Below, one piece after another: positions 1 through 13,968 of a stretch of DNA of 64,000 bases. Source of the stretch: Ilumatobacteraceae bacterium. Lineage in GTDB: Bacteria > Actinomycetota > Acidimicrobiia > Acidimicrobiales > Ilumatobacteraceae. The position numbers and the translations under genes are program-made. The stretch is from positions 1,764 through 65,763 of the forward strand of contig CAVRBV010000012.1 in the NCBI GenBank assembly GCA_963719295.1, read 5' to 3'. Each line of letters starts with the position of its first letter. Position 1 is the stretch's first letter. Below the pieces are notes generated by a model that saw nothing but the letters and a program-made list of their open reading frames with translations, was not told where the DNA came from and ran no database searches.

Positions 1-399
1 GCGCTCGCGACGTGGGCCGGTCAGCTCGACGTGGCCGCCGCGGTGGTCGTGGCGGCGGTGCTGAAGCTGGTCACGGAACGGATCATCCGGCGCGAGATGG
101 CGGCCTACCTCGAGGTGCGCCAGCGCCCCGGCACGAGCGAAGCGTGGGCCGTACTGCGCGGCGGTGACGTCCCTACGAGCGGGCCGAGCTTCCCGTCGGG
201 CCACGTGATCCTCGTCGCCGCGGTGGCCTCCCTGGCCGAGCCGCTCGTGTCGTCGGCCTGGGCGTGGGCACCGTTCACGCTGGCGGTCGTCGTCATGGTC
301 GGGCGGGTGTACGTCGGCGCGCACAACCCGCTCGACACCACCGCCGGCCTCGGCGCCGGGCTGCTCGTCGGCGGCCTGCTGTCGGCGATCGTGTCCTGA
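1..399 (+). CDS. PAP2-family membrane phosphatase (5' truncated by window edge)
   Basis: Motifs RQRP, SFPSGH and GRVYVGAHNPLD match PAP2 domains 1-3; hydrophobic helices. Confidence 0.85.
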   Translation, partial: ALATWAGQLDVAAAVVVAAVLKLVTERIIRREMAAYLEVRQRPGTSEAWAVLRGGDVPTSGPSFPSGHVILVAAVASLAEPLVSSAWAWAPFTLAVVVMVGRVYVGAHNPLDTTAGLGAGLLVGGLLSAIVS

Positions 400-416
400 G
401 CACGTCACGAGGGCCG

Positions 417-462
417 ATCTGGTCACCCACGTTCTCGATATCGAGAACGTGGGCGACCAGAT
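417..462. repeat. Family A REP-like palindrome, copy 1
   Basis: ATCTGGTCACCCACGTTCTCGAT|ATCGAGAACGTGGGCGACCAGAT, one mismatch; a degenerate half copy lies at about 705-730. Confidence 0.9.
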
Positions 463-745
463 GATCGAACCGGGGCTCGAGCGCTCGGTCGTCACGGTTA
501 TCGGCTCTTGAAGCGGTGCGGAACCGCCCGCCGCTGGCGTCGTCATCTCTGGCTTGGTCCGGAACGAGCGGTGGGAGACGTCGTTTCGCGGACGAAGCGG
601 CGCGACCTGGCACCACGCCCGCTCACTTACCCGCTTCCAGAGCCAGCCGACCTGTCGACAGGCCGGCCGGACCCGTCGGTCGACCCACCGCTCCCGCAGC
701 ACGCGACATCGAGAAACTCGGTGACCAGTATCCTCACAGCTGAAC

Positions 746-761
746 CACCCTGCGCCGGGTG
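746..761. promoter_or_regulatory. CACCC-N6-GGGTG candidate regulator site
   Basis: Same inverted motif at 5200-5215, 6017-6032 (TACCC variant) and 3309-3324. Confidence 0.45.
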
Positions 762-837
762 GGTCGGCGGGTGAGTCGGAGCGACGCTCGGTTCGCTACC
801 CTCGGCATCGGCATCAGCGAGACAGGAGTCGCCAACA

Positions 838-1275
838 ATGGGAAGTGCGCAAGCGGGACCGATCGACATTGTCTTCCTGCGGTTCGCGGGCAACCGGTTC
901 AACGGCGGCATCGCCCCGGCGCTGCGCGACCTCGCGCTGCGACGTCTCGTGACGGTGGTCGACCTGCTGTTCGTGTACAAGGACGCGGAAGGCGTCGTCG
1001 GCTCGCTCGAGTTGCGTGACCTCACCCACGAGCTCGAGCCGTCGTTCATCGACATCGACGGGCAGTTCGAGGGCGGCCTGCTCGACGCCGAGGACGTCGA
1101 AGACGTCCGCGCCTCGCTCGAGCCGAACACCTCGGTCGCCGTCGTCGCGGTCGAGAACCTCTGGGCGATCCCGTTCATCGACGCCGTGCAGCGAGCGGGC
1201 GGGGAGCTGGTCGACCAGGTCCGCGTGCCATCGGCCGTCGTCACTGCGGTTCGCGACGCCGCCCAGGACGCGTGA
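838..1275 (+). CDS. DUF6325/DUF1269-like protein
   Basis: GPID..F.GNRFNG.IAPAL..L..VVDLLFV.KD.EG pattern and ENLWA; GGAG RBS upstream. Confidence 0.75.
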   Translation: MGSAQAGPIDIVFLRFAGNRFNGGIAPALRDLALRRLVTVVDLLFVYKDAEGVVGSLELRDLTHELEPSFIDIDGQFEGGLLDAEDVEDVRASLEPNTSVAVVAVENLWAIPFIDAVQRAGGELVDQVRVPSAVVTAVRDAAQDA

Positions 1276-1285
1276 GGAGGAGCAG

Positions 1286-1650
1286 ATGGGACTGATCGGA
1301 GGAATGGCCCGCACGGCGGTGGTCGCCGGAACGGCGACGGCGGTGTCGAACCGCGTGTCGCGCCGTCAGGCCAATCGGTGGCAGACGAAGCAGAACGCCC
1401 AGGCGTACGAGGACCAGCAGACGTACGGCCAGCCGGCCTACGCCCAGCCGGCCTACGCCCCCGCTCCGGCCTACGCCCAGCCGGCTACGCCCAGCCGGCC
1501 TACGCCCCCGCTCCGCCACCCCCGCCCCCGGCGGCCCCGGCCGAGGACGACCTGACCGCCCAGCTCAGCCGGCTCGGCGAGCTGAACCGTTCCGGCGTGC
1601 TCACCGACGCCGAGTTCGCGGCGGCGAAGGCCCGGCTGCTCGGGATCTGA
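1286..1650 (+). CDS. SHOCT-domain protein (one frameshift in the QPAYA repeat)
   Basis: N-term GLIGGMARTAVVAGTATAVSNRV; C-term QLSRLGELNRSGVLTDAEFAAAKARLLG; GAGGAGGAG RBS. Confidence 0.8.
1430..1517 (+). repeat. Intragenic 15-bp tandem repeat CAGCCGGCCTACGCC (QPAYA)
   Basis: Several copies; the copy at about 1478-1491 lacks one C, which accounts for the frameshift. Confidence 0.8.
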
Positions 1651-1674
1651 CATCGACCCTCGAAGCAGCCGACG

Positions 1675-3285
1675 ATGACCGAACCGGCACCAGCGCCGTC
1701 GGTCGCGGTCGAGGGCGGCGACGCCAGGAGCAAGCGGCTGCCGATCCTGCTGGCGATGGCGATGTTCGTGCTCGTCGTCGACACCTCGCTGATGAACGTG
1801 TCGATCTCGGCGGTCGTGCACGACCTCGACACGACCGTCAGCGACGTGCAGTCGGCCATCGCCCTGGAGGCCTTGGTCTCGGCCGCGTTCATCCTGATCG
1901 GCAGCAAGATCGGCGACCTGTTCGGCCGCAAGCGGGCGTACGTCCTCGGCCTGCTCGGCTACGCGGTCGGCGCGCTGTCGATGGCGCTGGCCCAGAACTT
2001 CCTCACGATCGTCATCTTCTGGGCGATCGTCGGCGGTCTGGGCGCGTCGCTCCTGCTGCCCGGCGATGCAGTCGCTCATCCACGGCAACTTCGAGGGTGA
2101 CGCCCAGCGGCGGGTCTACGCCCTGGTCGGCGCGGCGGCGGCGATCGCCGCCGCCGTGGGACCGCTCGTCGGCGGGTTCATCACCACCTACCTGTCGTGG
2201 CGGGTCGCCTTCCTCCTCGAGGCCGTCGTGATCGCGGTCGTGCTCTCGGGGATCGGGCTGGTGCGCGACGTGAAGTACACCGGTGACCGTGGCGTCGACG
2301 TCGTCGGGGCCGTGCTGTCGGTCATCGGCATGGGCGGGGTCGTGCTCGGCATCCTCGTCTGGGAGAAGGGCGGTGAAGCGGTCGTCGTCCTGATCGCCGT
2401 CGGCGCGGTCAGCCTCGGACTGCTCGCCCGGTGGCTGGTGCGCCGCCATCGCGTCGGCAAGCCGGCCCTGATCGACCCGACGTTGTTCTCCTCCAAGCAC
2501 TTCCGGCTCGGCATCTCCGGGCAGATGGCCCAGCAGATCGCGCTCGGCGGCACGATGATCGCCCTGCCGATCTTCTTGCAGATGGTCCTCGAGTACAACG
2601 CCATGGAGGCGGGCTTGTCGCTCGCCCCGCTGTCGCTCAGCATGTTCGCGGTGGCGCTGATCGCCGGGAAGCGAGCCGGGCGAACCGCCGCGCCGCCGAC
2701 ATCATCCTCGCCGGGTTCGTGCTGCTGCTCGTCGGCCTGGTGATCCTCCTGCCGATCGTGCCCCGGGCTCATTCCGGCTGGGCGCTGGCCATCCCGCTCG
2801 TCATCGCCGGCTGCGGGCTCGGGCTGCTCGTGTCGCAGCTCAACAACTACACGCTCTCGCCGATCTCGGAGGAACGGGTGAGCGAAGCGGCCGGGGTCAA
2901 CTCGGCCGGAGGGTCGTTCGGGCTCTCGTTCGGGTTGGCCTTCGCCGGCGCGATCATGCTCGCCTCGCTCTCGAGCATCTTCACCCGCATGGCGGACGAC
3001 AGCGACGTGCTCTCGGCCAGACAGCAGGAGCAGGTTGCCGACGCGCTCGAGGACGACGCCGAGCTGATGAGCAACACCCAGCTCGCCGAGGTCGTCGCCG
3101 GCCAGCCGCCGGCGGTCCAGGCCGAGATCATCGACATCAACACCGACGCCCGGCCCATCGCGCTGCAGATCGCCCTCCTCGTGCCGATCGGGGCGGCGCT
3201 GATCGGCCTCGTCGACGCCCTACGGATGCGCCGCCTTCCCGACATCCAGCCGTCCGGGGCGCTCGAGGGGATGCTGCTCGAGTGA
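1675..3285 (+). CDS. MFS transporter, DHA2-like (frameshifts at about 2060 and 2680)
   Basis: Motif A GSKIGDLFGRKR, DTSLMNVSI, GPLVGGFITTYLSWR; three consecutive ORFs join. Confidence 0.85.
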
Positions 3286-3355
3286 CGGCTACCTGAGGGC
3301 CGGTCGACCACCCGGACCCGGGTGGTCACGGCGTTTCCCCGGGCGCCGGCGCCGA

Positions 3356-5057
3356 TCAGCGCTCGGGTTCCCCCGGTCGCTCGACCGATCGGAGCTCGGC
3401 GCGGACCGCTTGATCGACGTTGCCGTGGAGGCGCTCCTCCCCGAGCAACGCCACGACCCCGTCGGCGCGCAGCACCGCGAGCACGTCGCCGCGGACGCGC
3501 GCCAGGCGGAGCGAGGCATCGGACCGGCGGCTCAGCTCGACGAGCTGGCGGAGCTGATCGGACCCCTGGGAGTCGATGAAGTTCACGCCGGCGAAGTCGA
3601 TGACGATGCCCGTCACCGGTGCACCGTCCCGCGTCAGCCTCGTCTCGATCCCGTCGGCCAGGCCGTCGGCCGTGAGGAACGTCAGCCCCCCGTCGAAGCG
3701 GATGATGAACAGGCCGGGATAGAGCTTGCTCTCCGGGTGCTCGTCGATCGACTGGAACGCCGAGGTCCCCGGGTCTCGACCGAGCTCGCTGATCGCCGGC
3801 GTGGCGCTGGCGTAGAGCATCCAGCCCACCGACAGCGCGACACCGATCGCCACGCCGGCGAGGACGCCTGCGCTGAGGACGCCGACGATCGCCAGCACGG
3901 CGATCGAGAAGTCGACGCGCCGGACCCGCCACAACCGCCGCATCTCGCCGATGTCGATCATGCCGAACACGACCGCATCGATGATGATCGCCGCGAGGAC
4001 GGGCTTGGGGAGGTCGGCGAACAGGGGCGCCAGCGCGAAGAGCGTGAGGATGACGACCACCCCGGTGACGATGGATGCCATCGGCGTCCGGGCTCCGGAG
4101 GTGTCGTTCAGCGAGCTCGCCGACAGGCTCGTCGACACCGGCATGCCCTGGAACAGGCCGGCACCGGCGTTGCTCATGCCCTGGGCGACCATCTCCTGGT
4201 CGACGCGGATGCGGTAGCGGTGCCGCGCCGCGAACAGGCGCGCATCGCCGGCGGTCTGGGAGAACCCGACGAGGAACAGCGCGACCGCGGCGAGCGCGAT
4301 GGTGCCGGCGTCGGCGCGCACGATGTCCCATCGGGGGCAAGTCCGGCACGGGCATCCCGCGCGGCACCGGGCCGACGGTGGCGACCCCCCGATCCGACAG
4401 ATCGAACAGGCGCGAAGCCAGCAGCCCTCCGACGACGAGGACGAGGGCGCCCGGAACGCGCGGCGCCAGCACGTGCAGGCCGATCACGATGACCAGCGCG
4501 ACGATCCCGACGGCGAGGGTCGTCCAGTGGATGTCGTCGAGCGTTCGCAGCCAGCTACCCAGCTCCCGCCAGCTGTTCGTACCGCTCGCGCTCGTGCCGG
4601 TCAGCTTGGGGAGCTCACCGATCACGACGTCGATCGCCGCCCCGAAGAGGAATCCGGTGATCACCGGCTTCGACAGCAGCCGCGACAGCCAGCCCATCCG
4701 CAGGACCGCGGCGAGCAGGAAGAGCAACCCGGTCGCCACGGTGATCGCCGCGACGAGCTGCGCCGTCGGCGCGCCGCTGGCGATGCCCGTGATCGCCACC
4801 GCGCTGGCCGCGATCGCCGCCAGCGCCGAGCTCGGCCCGGTGGAGATCTGCCGCGAGGTGCCGAAGGCGGCATAGATCAGCGCGCCCGCGGCCGCGGCGT
4901 AGAGGCCGTTCTCGACCGGGACCTGAGCGATCTCGGCATACCCCAGGGCCTTGGGGACGACGAGCGCCGACACGGTGACTCCGGCGATCACGTCGTACCG
5001 GAGGTCGGCACGACGGTACGCCGGGAGCCAGCGGGCGATCGGCAGGATCTCGCGCAT
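3356..5057 (-). CDS. SulP-family anion transporter with STAS domain (frameshift at about 4330)
   Basis: DVIAGVTV..LVVPKALGYA, GLYAA, FGTSRQISTGP; C-terminal STAS DFAGVNFIDSQG. Confidence 0.9.
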
Positions 5058-5086
5058 GGCGCACACTCTTGCTGGTCCCGAACGGC

Positions 5087-5160
5087 GATCTGGTCACCCA
5101 GCTTCTCGATATCGAGAACGTCGGTGACCAGATCGGGCTTTGAGACGGAGTGACCAGATT
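5087..5160. repeat. Family A REP-like palindrome, copy 2, with third-arm tail
   Basis: Palindrome 5087-5134 followed by TGAGACGGAGTGACCAGAT. Confidence 0.9.
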
Positions 5161-5286
5161 GCGTGGATGCGGCCGAACCCGCGCCTGGTCGTGACCTACC
5201 ACCCGCGATCGGGTGATTCGCCGTTGGGCGGGCGGGGATCACGCTGGTCGGGTGCGGCTGCCCATCGAACACGGCATGGTGAGAAT

Positions 5287-5722
5287 GTGATCCCGATCGA
5301 CCCGACCGACGTCGACCGATCTCGTCGAGTACTCGTGGTGCTCGTCTCCAGCCCGGACGCCCTGGCCATCATCGGCCCCGAGCTCGTGCGCATCGTCGAC
5401 ACCTCGGCGATCCGGATCCTCGACCTCGCCGTCGTGAAGGTGGACGACCGGCGCGCAGCTGGTCGAGCTGGCGGCCATCGAGGGAATGACGACGTCCCGC
5501 GGCCATCGCCGTACGGCGTGGTGCTCAGCCGCCACGACGTCGATCTCGTGGCCCTCGCGCTCGGGACTGCGCGATCGTGGTCGTCGCCGAGGATCTCTGG
5601 GCCAAGCCGCTCGCTCTCGCCGCAGCACGGTGGGCGGCGAGGTGCGCGCCGGCGAACGGATCGCCCGCGGTCGGGTCGCACGGCGCTCGCCCGGGTCGCC
5701 GGAGCCCGAAGGAGCCGTGATG
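5287..5722 (+). CDS. Divergent DUF6325-like paralog (frameshifted or degenerate)
   Basis: PELVRIVDTSAIRILDLAVV resembles the 838-1275 family; EDLWA in an alternative frame. Confidence 0.5.
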
Positions 5723-5971
5723 ACGACATCGCCGACCACAATGCGTGACGGGATCCCCGACCTCTTGGCGCGACCACCGTGCGGCACGCGGGAGTTCGTG
5801 GCCGAGTGGGAGCACCTGCTGGTCGATCCGGTCCGCCAGCTGCGCACGCTCGCCGACCTGTTCGAAGGTGGTCTGCTCTCGCGGATCGAGTACGAGCGCT
5901 ACAAGCGCCGTTCGGGGGTTGTGATCACCGCGGCCGAGTTCGAGGCCAACCAGGTGCAGCTGCTGGCGTGA
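5720..5971 (+). CDS. Small SHOCT-like protein
   Basis: DPVRQLRTLADLFEGGLLSRIEYERYK; AAGGAG RBS. Confidence 0.5.
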   Translation: MTTSPTTMRDGIPDLLARPPCGTREFVAEWEHLLVDPVRQLRTLADLFEGGLLSRIEYERYKRRSGVVITAAEFEANQVQLLA

Positions 5972-6102
5972 CCAGGAGGTTCGGCGCGAGACTCCGTGCC
6001 ACAATGAGGGACCATCTACCCGACAGCGGGTGGGGCGGACCCACCCGTACGCGCGGGAGCCTGGACTCGTCACCCGCTGGCCAAGATCGAAAGGACGTCT
6101 TC

Positions 6103-6525
6103 GTGAGCGATCAGGACTGGGAAGCGGCCCGTCGGCGACGAGCCGGGTGGTTGGCCTTCGCCGCGACGATCTTGGTCATGAGCGGCGGCTTCAAGGTGCT
6201 CGACGCCCTGTGGGCCTTCAAGTTCGACGACGACATCAAAGAGCAGATGCAGACCGTGATCTTCGAGCGCGATCCCGTGGCATGGGGGTGGCTCTGGCTC
6301 GTCCTCGGCGTCCTGCTGATCGCCGCCGGTATCGCCGTCGCCGCCGGCTCCCAGTGGGCCCGATGGTTCGGCGTGGTCGTCGCCGGCGTCTCGCTGCTGT
6401 TCAACTACGTCTGGATCTACTTCCAGCCGATCTGGACGCTGGTCAGCACCGGCGTCCTTCTCGCCGTGCTGTACGCGCTGATCGTGTACGGCGGCCGTCA
6501 ACCGGAGGTCTACGCCCATGACTGA
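6103..6525 (+). CDS. DUF7144-like membrane protein
   Basis: GWLAFAA, AWGWLWLVLG, SQWARWFGV, YFQPIW; four hydrophobic segments. Confidence 0.7.
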   Translation: MSDQDWEAARRRRAGWLAFAATILVMSGGFKVLDALWAFKFDDDIKEQMQTVIFERDPVAWGWLWLVLGVLLIAAGIAVAAGSQWARWFGVVVAGVSLLFNYVWIYFQPIWTLVSTGVLLAVLYALIVYGGRQPEVYAHD

Positions 6526-7374
6526 ATCGACTACCCCGACGCTCTCCGACCAGCAGCTCGGCGAGGTGCTGCGTCTGATCAAGGGCGCCGACAGCGTCGA
6601 GCTGAAGCTCACCGTGCCGGACACCGACCACGGTTCCGCCGTGGCCGCGCTGGAGATGGACGTGCTCACCGCCCAGATCCGCCAGGTCGTGTTCTTCGAC
6701 ACCCCCGACCTGACGTTGAACCAACACGGCGTGGTGGTGCGAGGGCGTCGCGTGCAGGGCCGCGCCGGCGACACGGTGGTGAAGCTCCGCCCGATCGATC
6801 CCGCCGATGTTCCGGCGAAGGTGCGCAAGGATCCGGGGTTCGGCATCGAGGTCGACGCCATGCCCGGTGGCTTCGTCTGCTCCGGCTCGATGAAGGCGAC
6901 GCTCGACGACTACCGGGTCAAGGAGACGTTCGCCGGCAGCCGTCCGCTGAGCAAGCTGCTGACGAAGGAGCAACGGCGGTTCTTCACCGACCATGCCCCC
7001 GAGGGGGTGGCGCTCGACGACCTGGCCCGGTTGGGTCCGATCAACGTCCTCAAGCTCAAGTTCACACCCGGCGAGTTCGGCCGCCGCCTGGTGGCCGAAC
7101 TGTGGTTCTATCCCGACGCGACGCGCCTGCTCGAGCTGTCGACGAAGTGCGCGCCGAACGAAGGCCTTCCAGGTCGCCGCCGAACTGAAGGCGTTCCTGG
7201 CCGGTCGGGGCATCGACCTCAGCGGGGCGCAGGCGACGAAGACGCGGCTGGCGCTGGACTACTTCGCCGGCCAGCTCGCGGCCGCCGCCTTCATGATGCC
7301 GACGGCGGCCGTGGAGCGCGGGTTCCTGTCGACGAACGAGCGGGCGCGGTCCCGTCGAATCGGAGTACGAGCCG

Positions 7375-7378
<4 letters not shown>
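6518..7378 (+). CDS. CYTH-like (putative adenylate cyclase/triphosphatase) protein; frameshift at about 7163, 3' end uncertain
   Basis: VELKLTV, FFDTPDLTL, DTVVKLRP, ELSTKC; QATKTRLALDYF in the shifted frame. Confidence 0.65.
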
Positions 7379-10138
<2,760 letters not shown>

Positions 10139-10164
10139 CCGTCGTCGCCGGAGCGCGACCCAAG

Positions 10165-10510
10165 CCCGAGGCGAGCGTGCCGCGTGGCGCGTCACCGACG
10201 AGTGGCTGCACCGTCTCCGCCTGGCGATGGCCCCGGCGGGGATGGCGGAGCAGTTCTCGGCACGCGAAGTTCCTCGAGCCGTTGAAAGAGCGCGAGCGCT
10301 ACGTGCTGCGTCTGCTGCCCAGCCGCCTCACGCTGAGCGAGATCGCCAAGGAGCTCTACGTGTCGGTCAACACGTTGAAGTTCCACCTGCGCGTCATCTA
10401 CCGCAAGCTCGGCGTGAACAGCCGGGAACAGGCAGCCACGGTCGCCCGGTCGATGACACGGGTAGCGCCCACCGCGCGCTACACCACTCCGGCGGGGCGA
10501 CCGGATCTAG
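10165..10510 (+). pseudogene. C-terminal remnant of a MalT-like LuxR regulator (HTH only)
   Basis: LEPLKERERYVLRLLPSRLTLSEIAKELYVSVNTLKFHLRVIYRKLGVNSR; no N-terminal domains, no clear start. Confidence 0.6.
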
Positions 10511-11243
10511 GACGACGGGCGCTGCCACACCGAGACGTGGGAGCCGCTCTCGCCGGTGAACGGCTGGCGCGACCAGCTCGCCCAGCGCTCACGACGGGTG
10601 AGGCCGGCGAGGCGCGCCATCAGGTCGAGCTCCGAGGGCCACACATAGCGGAAGGGCGCCGAGGACACGGCGAGCGCGCCATCCTCGACCCGGTAGTGAT
10701 GGCTGTACACGATCTGCTCGACGAGGTCGGTGTACTCGTCGAAGCCGAGGTGGTGCGGCGTGACGGCGAAGGGGCGGATGCGTTCGCCGGGCGGCAGTCG
10801 ACGCAGGTCCGGCACCCCGACCTCGACGACGAAGCACCCGCCCGGTTCGAGGTGGGCGGCGGCGTTGGCGAAGCAGGCGACCTGATCGCTCTGCGTGGTC
10901 AGGTTCATGATCGTGTTGAACAGCAGGTAGACGAGCCGAAAGGCGCCCTCGACCCGCACGGTGGCGAAGTCGCCGATCGTCGTGGCCACGCGGTCGGAGC
11001 CGGGCTTGGCGCGCAGCCGCTCGACCATCGCCGTCGACAGGTCGATCCCCTGGACGGCGACCCCGCGTCGCTCAACGGCAGTGCGATCCGTCCGGTGCCG
11101 ATGCCGAATTCGAGGGCGGCACCGTCGCCGGCGAGCGCGGCGAGGAAGTCGACGGTCGGGCCGACGACCCCTGGCTCGAACATGTCGGCGCACCCCTCGT
11201 CGTAGCCCGCCGCGACCGGCTCGTCGAAGTGGTCCACTCGCAT
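10507..11243 (-). CDS. Class I SAM-dependent methyltransferase (frameshift at about 11070)
   Basis: ALEFGIGTGRIALPL, GIDLS, YLLFNTIMNLTTQ, RYVWPSELDLMARLAG. Confidence 0.85.
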
Positions 11244-11290
11244 CACCCTCACCCTCGCACCATCGGCGATCGCCGGCCGAGTGGATATCC

Positions 11291-11374
11291 CCGCCCGCCA
11301 TCTGGTCACTCTGCGTCTCATCGGGCGATCTGGTCACCCTCGTTCTCGATATCGAGAAGGAGAGTGACCAGATC
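11291..11374. repeat. Family A REP-like palindrome, copy 3 (reverse orientation, with tail)
   Basis: Tail CCATCTGGTCACTCTGCGTCTCA precedes palindrome 11327-11374. Confidence 0.9.
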
Positions 11375-11480
11375 GACCGCCGACCGCGCGGGACCTCGTG
11401 CTGTCCGCGTCGACCAGGCGAGCTCGGGGATCGCTGAGAGGGTCCCGCGTCATCACCGCAGGACGCGGTTGACTGGGGTG

Positions 11481-11806
11481 ATGGTGTTCGGTCAACCCGC
11501 CGGTCCGCCGGCCACGTCACGTCAGGTGGCCGAGCTCCTCGAGCTCCTCCACGTCGCGGGTCACGAGAGCTTCCGCGATGCCCGCGGACCGATGCGGTTC
11601 ACGCAGCGCCAAGCGGCGGGCAAGTTCACCGCGCCGAGGCGGAGGAGTTGATCGCTCGACTGCAGGCGTCATCGGACGAGGTGGCGGCGCCGCCGACCGA
11701 ACCGTCACCGCGATTGTCCACTGCCGAGCAGCTGCTGCGCCGGATCCCTACGGAGCAACTGGCGGGCGAGCTGCAACGGCGCGGCTGGCTCGTCGTCGAA
11801 CCGTGA
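11481..11806 (+). CDS. Small hypothetical protein (frameshifted)
   Basis: MVFGQPAGPPA..FRDARGPMRFTQRQAAGKFT; C-term ELQRRGWLVVEP in a shifted frame. Confidence 0.5.
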
Positions 11807-12003
11807 CTCGCCCAGACGAGGGTGGAGATCGGGCCTGCTGGCTGGACGCGGTCTGCGACCGGTGCGGAGCCGTCATCGAGGCGTCGGAGCCGCACCAGTG
11901 CCGCGTGCCAGCGGACACCGAGATCCCGACGGTCGCGCCCCGCGCCCGGCGCGTAGCAACGCCTCGACCCAGTACGCGACCGTCGCTCGGCTGGTCGTGG
12001 CAG

Positions 12004-12470
12004 TCAGTCGTGAGTGCACCGCTGGAGGAACGCGAGCAGACGACCGAGTGCGGCTCGGCCATCGTCGAGGGTCACGTCGAACTGGTACTCGTGGGGCAGC
12101 GGCGGTTGATGGTCGCCGGGGTAGAACAGCGTCTCGACGTTGACGCCCTTGGACGTGAGCACCGATGCGAGGGCGTGGAGGGGCGTGCTGCGGGCCGGCG
12201 TTGCCGTCTGTGGTGAACGTCGGCGGGAACGCCTCGCTGACATGCCGCGGGAGCTGGTCAGCGGCGATCGTCGGTGTGACGCTGACCACTCTCCGTAGCC
12301 CGGGTTCGTGGCGATCGCCGCGACCTGGCGGCGATGTGCGCGCCCGCTGAGTCGCCGGCCAGAACGAGCTGGCTGGGATCAACGTGGAGGCGATCGGCGT
12401 GGTCTTGAAGGTGGCGCAGAGCGGCCATCACCTGACGGACCGGCGTGGAGATCTCGCCCCCGGCCCGGGT
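12004..12470 (-). pseudogene. Fragmented alpha/beta hydrolase remnant
   Basis: LVLAGDSAGAHIAA and LPHEYQF segments present; N-terminus and middle missing. Confidence 0.55.
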
Positions 12471-12576
12471 GATCGATTCACTCGTCGTCGTCGCCGATCT
12501 GGTCGAAGCATGATCCCAGCGTGCGGAAATCGGTACGGAGCGCTCACACTTCCTGACCACGCCGCGCTGTGGTGGG

Positions 12577-13455
12577 TCAGGTCGCCGCGGGGAGATCGAG
12601 CCGGGCGAGGCGCCGAGGGTCGGCGAGGATGTCGAGGGCGACCACCCTGCCGCCGACGACCGTGAGGTGAGCGACCGACACGGCCCGCCCGTCACGCTCG
12701 TGGAGCAGCCCGGGGACGCCGTTGACGAGCACGACCCGAGGCGCGACCGCGGCAAGCCGGCCGAACGTGCTGGCACTCCGGGCGACGGTCGCGGCACCGA
12801 CCACGCGCCGCGACGTCGTCGCGTCGCCGGTGTCGACGCGGAGCACGACGTCGGGATCGAGCAGTTCCAGGAGGGCGTCGAAGTCGCCGCCGTGCGCGGC
12901 TCTCGCCCACGCATCGACGATCTCGCGCTGACGAGCCTCGTCGTAGGCGTTGGCGGCGTCGGCTGGAGAGTGCTGCACCCGGCGGCGGGCGCGGCTGGCG
13001 AGCTGGCGGGTCGCCTCGAGGCTGCGGTCGACGATCGGGGCGATCTCGTCGAACGGCAGGCCGAAGCCGTCGTGGAGCACGAAGGCCAGCCGTTCCAGCG
13101 GCGGCAGCGTTTCGAGCACGACCAGCAGGGCGAGCCCGACGCTGTCGGCCAGCACGGCGGCGTGTTCCGGGTCGCCGCCGTCCGCGGCGGTGACGATCGG
13201 ATCGGGGACGAACACGTCGAGCGACTCCTCGGGGTGGGCCCGGCGCTGCCGCAAGCGGTCGAGGCAGATCCGGCTGGTGACGGCGGTCAACCAGCCGCCG
13301 ACGTTGGCGATGCCGGCCAGGTCGGCCCGGGCGAATCGGAACCAGGCGTCTTGGACCGCGTCGTCGGCTTCGCTGAACGACCCGAGCATCCGGTAGCCCA
13401 CCGCCCGCAGGTGCGGGCGGTGGGCGTCGAACAGGTCAGCCCGCTCGTCGGACAT
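12577..13455 (-). CDS. ECF41/SigJ-like sigma factor with SnoaL-like C-terminal extension
   Basis: YRMLGSFSEADDAVQDAW, VPDP (WLPEP-like), ERLAFVLHD, NGVPG. Confidence 0.9.
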   Translation of the reverse strand: MSDERADLFDAHRPHLRAVGYRMLGSFSEADDAVQDAWFRFARADLAGIANVGGWLTAVTSRICLDRLRQRRAHPEESLDVFVPDPIVTAADGGDPEHAAVLADSVGLALLVVLETLPPLERLAFVLHDGFGLPFDEIAPIVDRSLEATRQLASRARRRVQHSPADAANAYDEARQREIVDAWARAAHGGDFDALLELLDPDVVLRVDTGDATTSRRVVGAATVARSASTFGRLAAVAPRVVLVNGVPGLLHERDGRAVSVAHLTVVGGRVVALDILADPRRLARLDLPAAT

Positions 13456-13478
13456 CGATCCGACCGTAGCGGCCGCGC

Positions 13479-13934
13479 TCACACGACCTGGCCGGCGGGT
13501 TGGCGGATCGTGGCGTTGACCCGGTTGAACATGTTCGTGACCGCGACCCAGAGCACGATCGAGGCGAGCTGTTCGTCGGTGAAGTGCTCGGCGGCGGCGT
13601 TCCACACGTGGTCGGGCACCGGATCGCTGCTGTCGGCGAGGCGGGTGGCGTGCTCGGCGAGGTCGAGAGCGGCGCGCTCGGCATCGTCGAAGTAGGGCAT
13701 CTCGCGCCAGGCGGCGACGCTGAACAGCTTCTCATCGGGGATGCCGGAGCGGCGGCCCTGGCGCCAGCCCAGGTCGACGCAGTAGCTGCAGCCGTTGATC
13801 TGACTGGCCCGCAGGTGGGCGAGCTCGAGCACCGTGTCCGGTGCGCCGCCGGTGTGCACCGCCTTGATCAGTTGCTGGATCGCCGGATACACGTCGGGCA
13901 GCAGGGCGCTCGGGTTGGGCAGGCGAGGTTCCAT
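13479..13934 (-). CDS. Carboxymuconolactone decarboxylase/AhpD-like protein
   Basis: LRASQINGCSYC, WRE..F...ERAAL; usual ECF41 partner; GAAGGAG RBS. Confidence 0.9.
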   Translation of the reverse strand: MEPRLPNPSALLPDVYPAIQQLIKAVHTGGAPDTVLELAHLRASQINGCSYCVDLGWRQGRRSGIPDEKLFSVAAWREMPYFDDAERAALDLAEHATRLADSSDPVPDHVWNAAAEHFTDEQLASIVLWVAVTNMFNRVNATIRQPAGQVV

Positions 13935-13968
13935 GGGGGTGTCTCCTTCGGTAGGTGTCTGAAGGACT

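Noticed and set aside
463-740. Structured ncRNA or riboswitch in the first intergenic region
   Set aside because: Some complementary segments exist (GAGCGGTGGG/CCCACCGCTC), but no known motif is recognisable and such pairing is common at this GC content.
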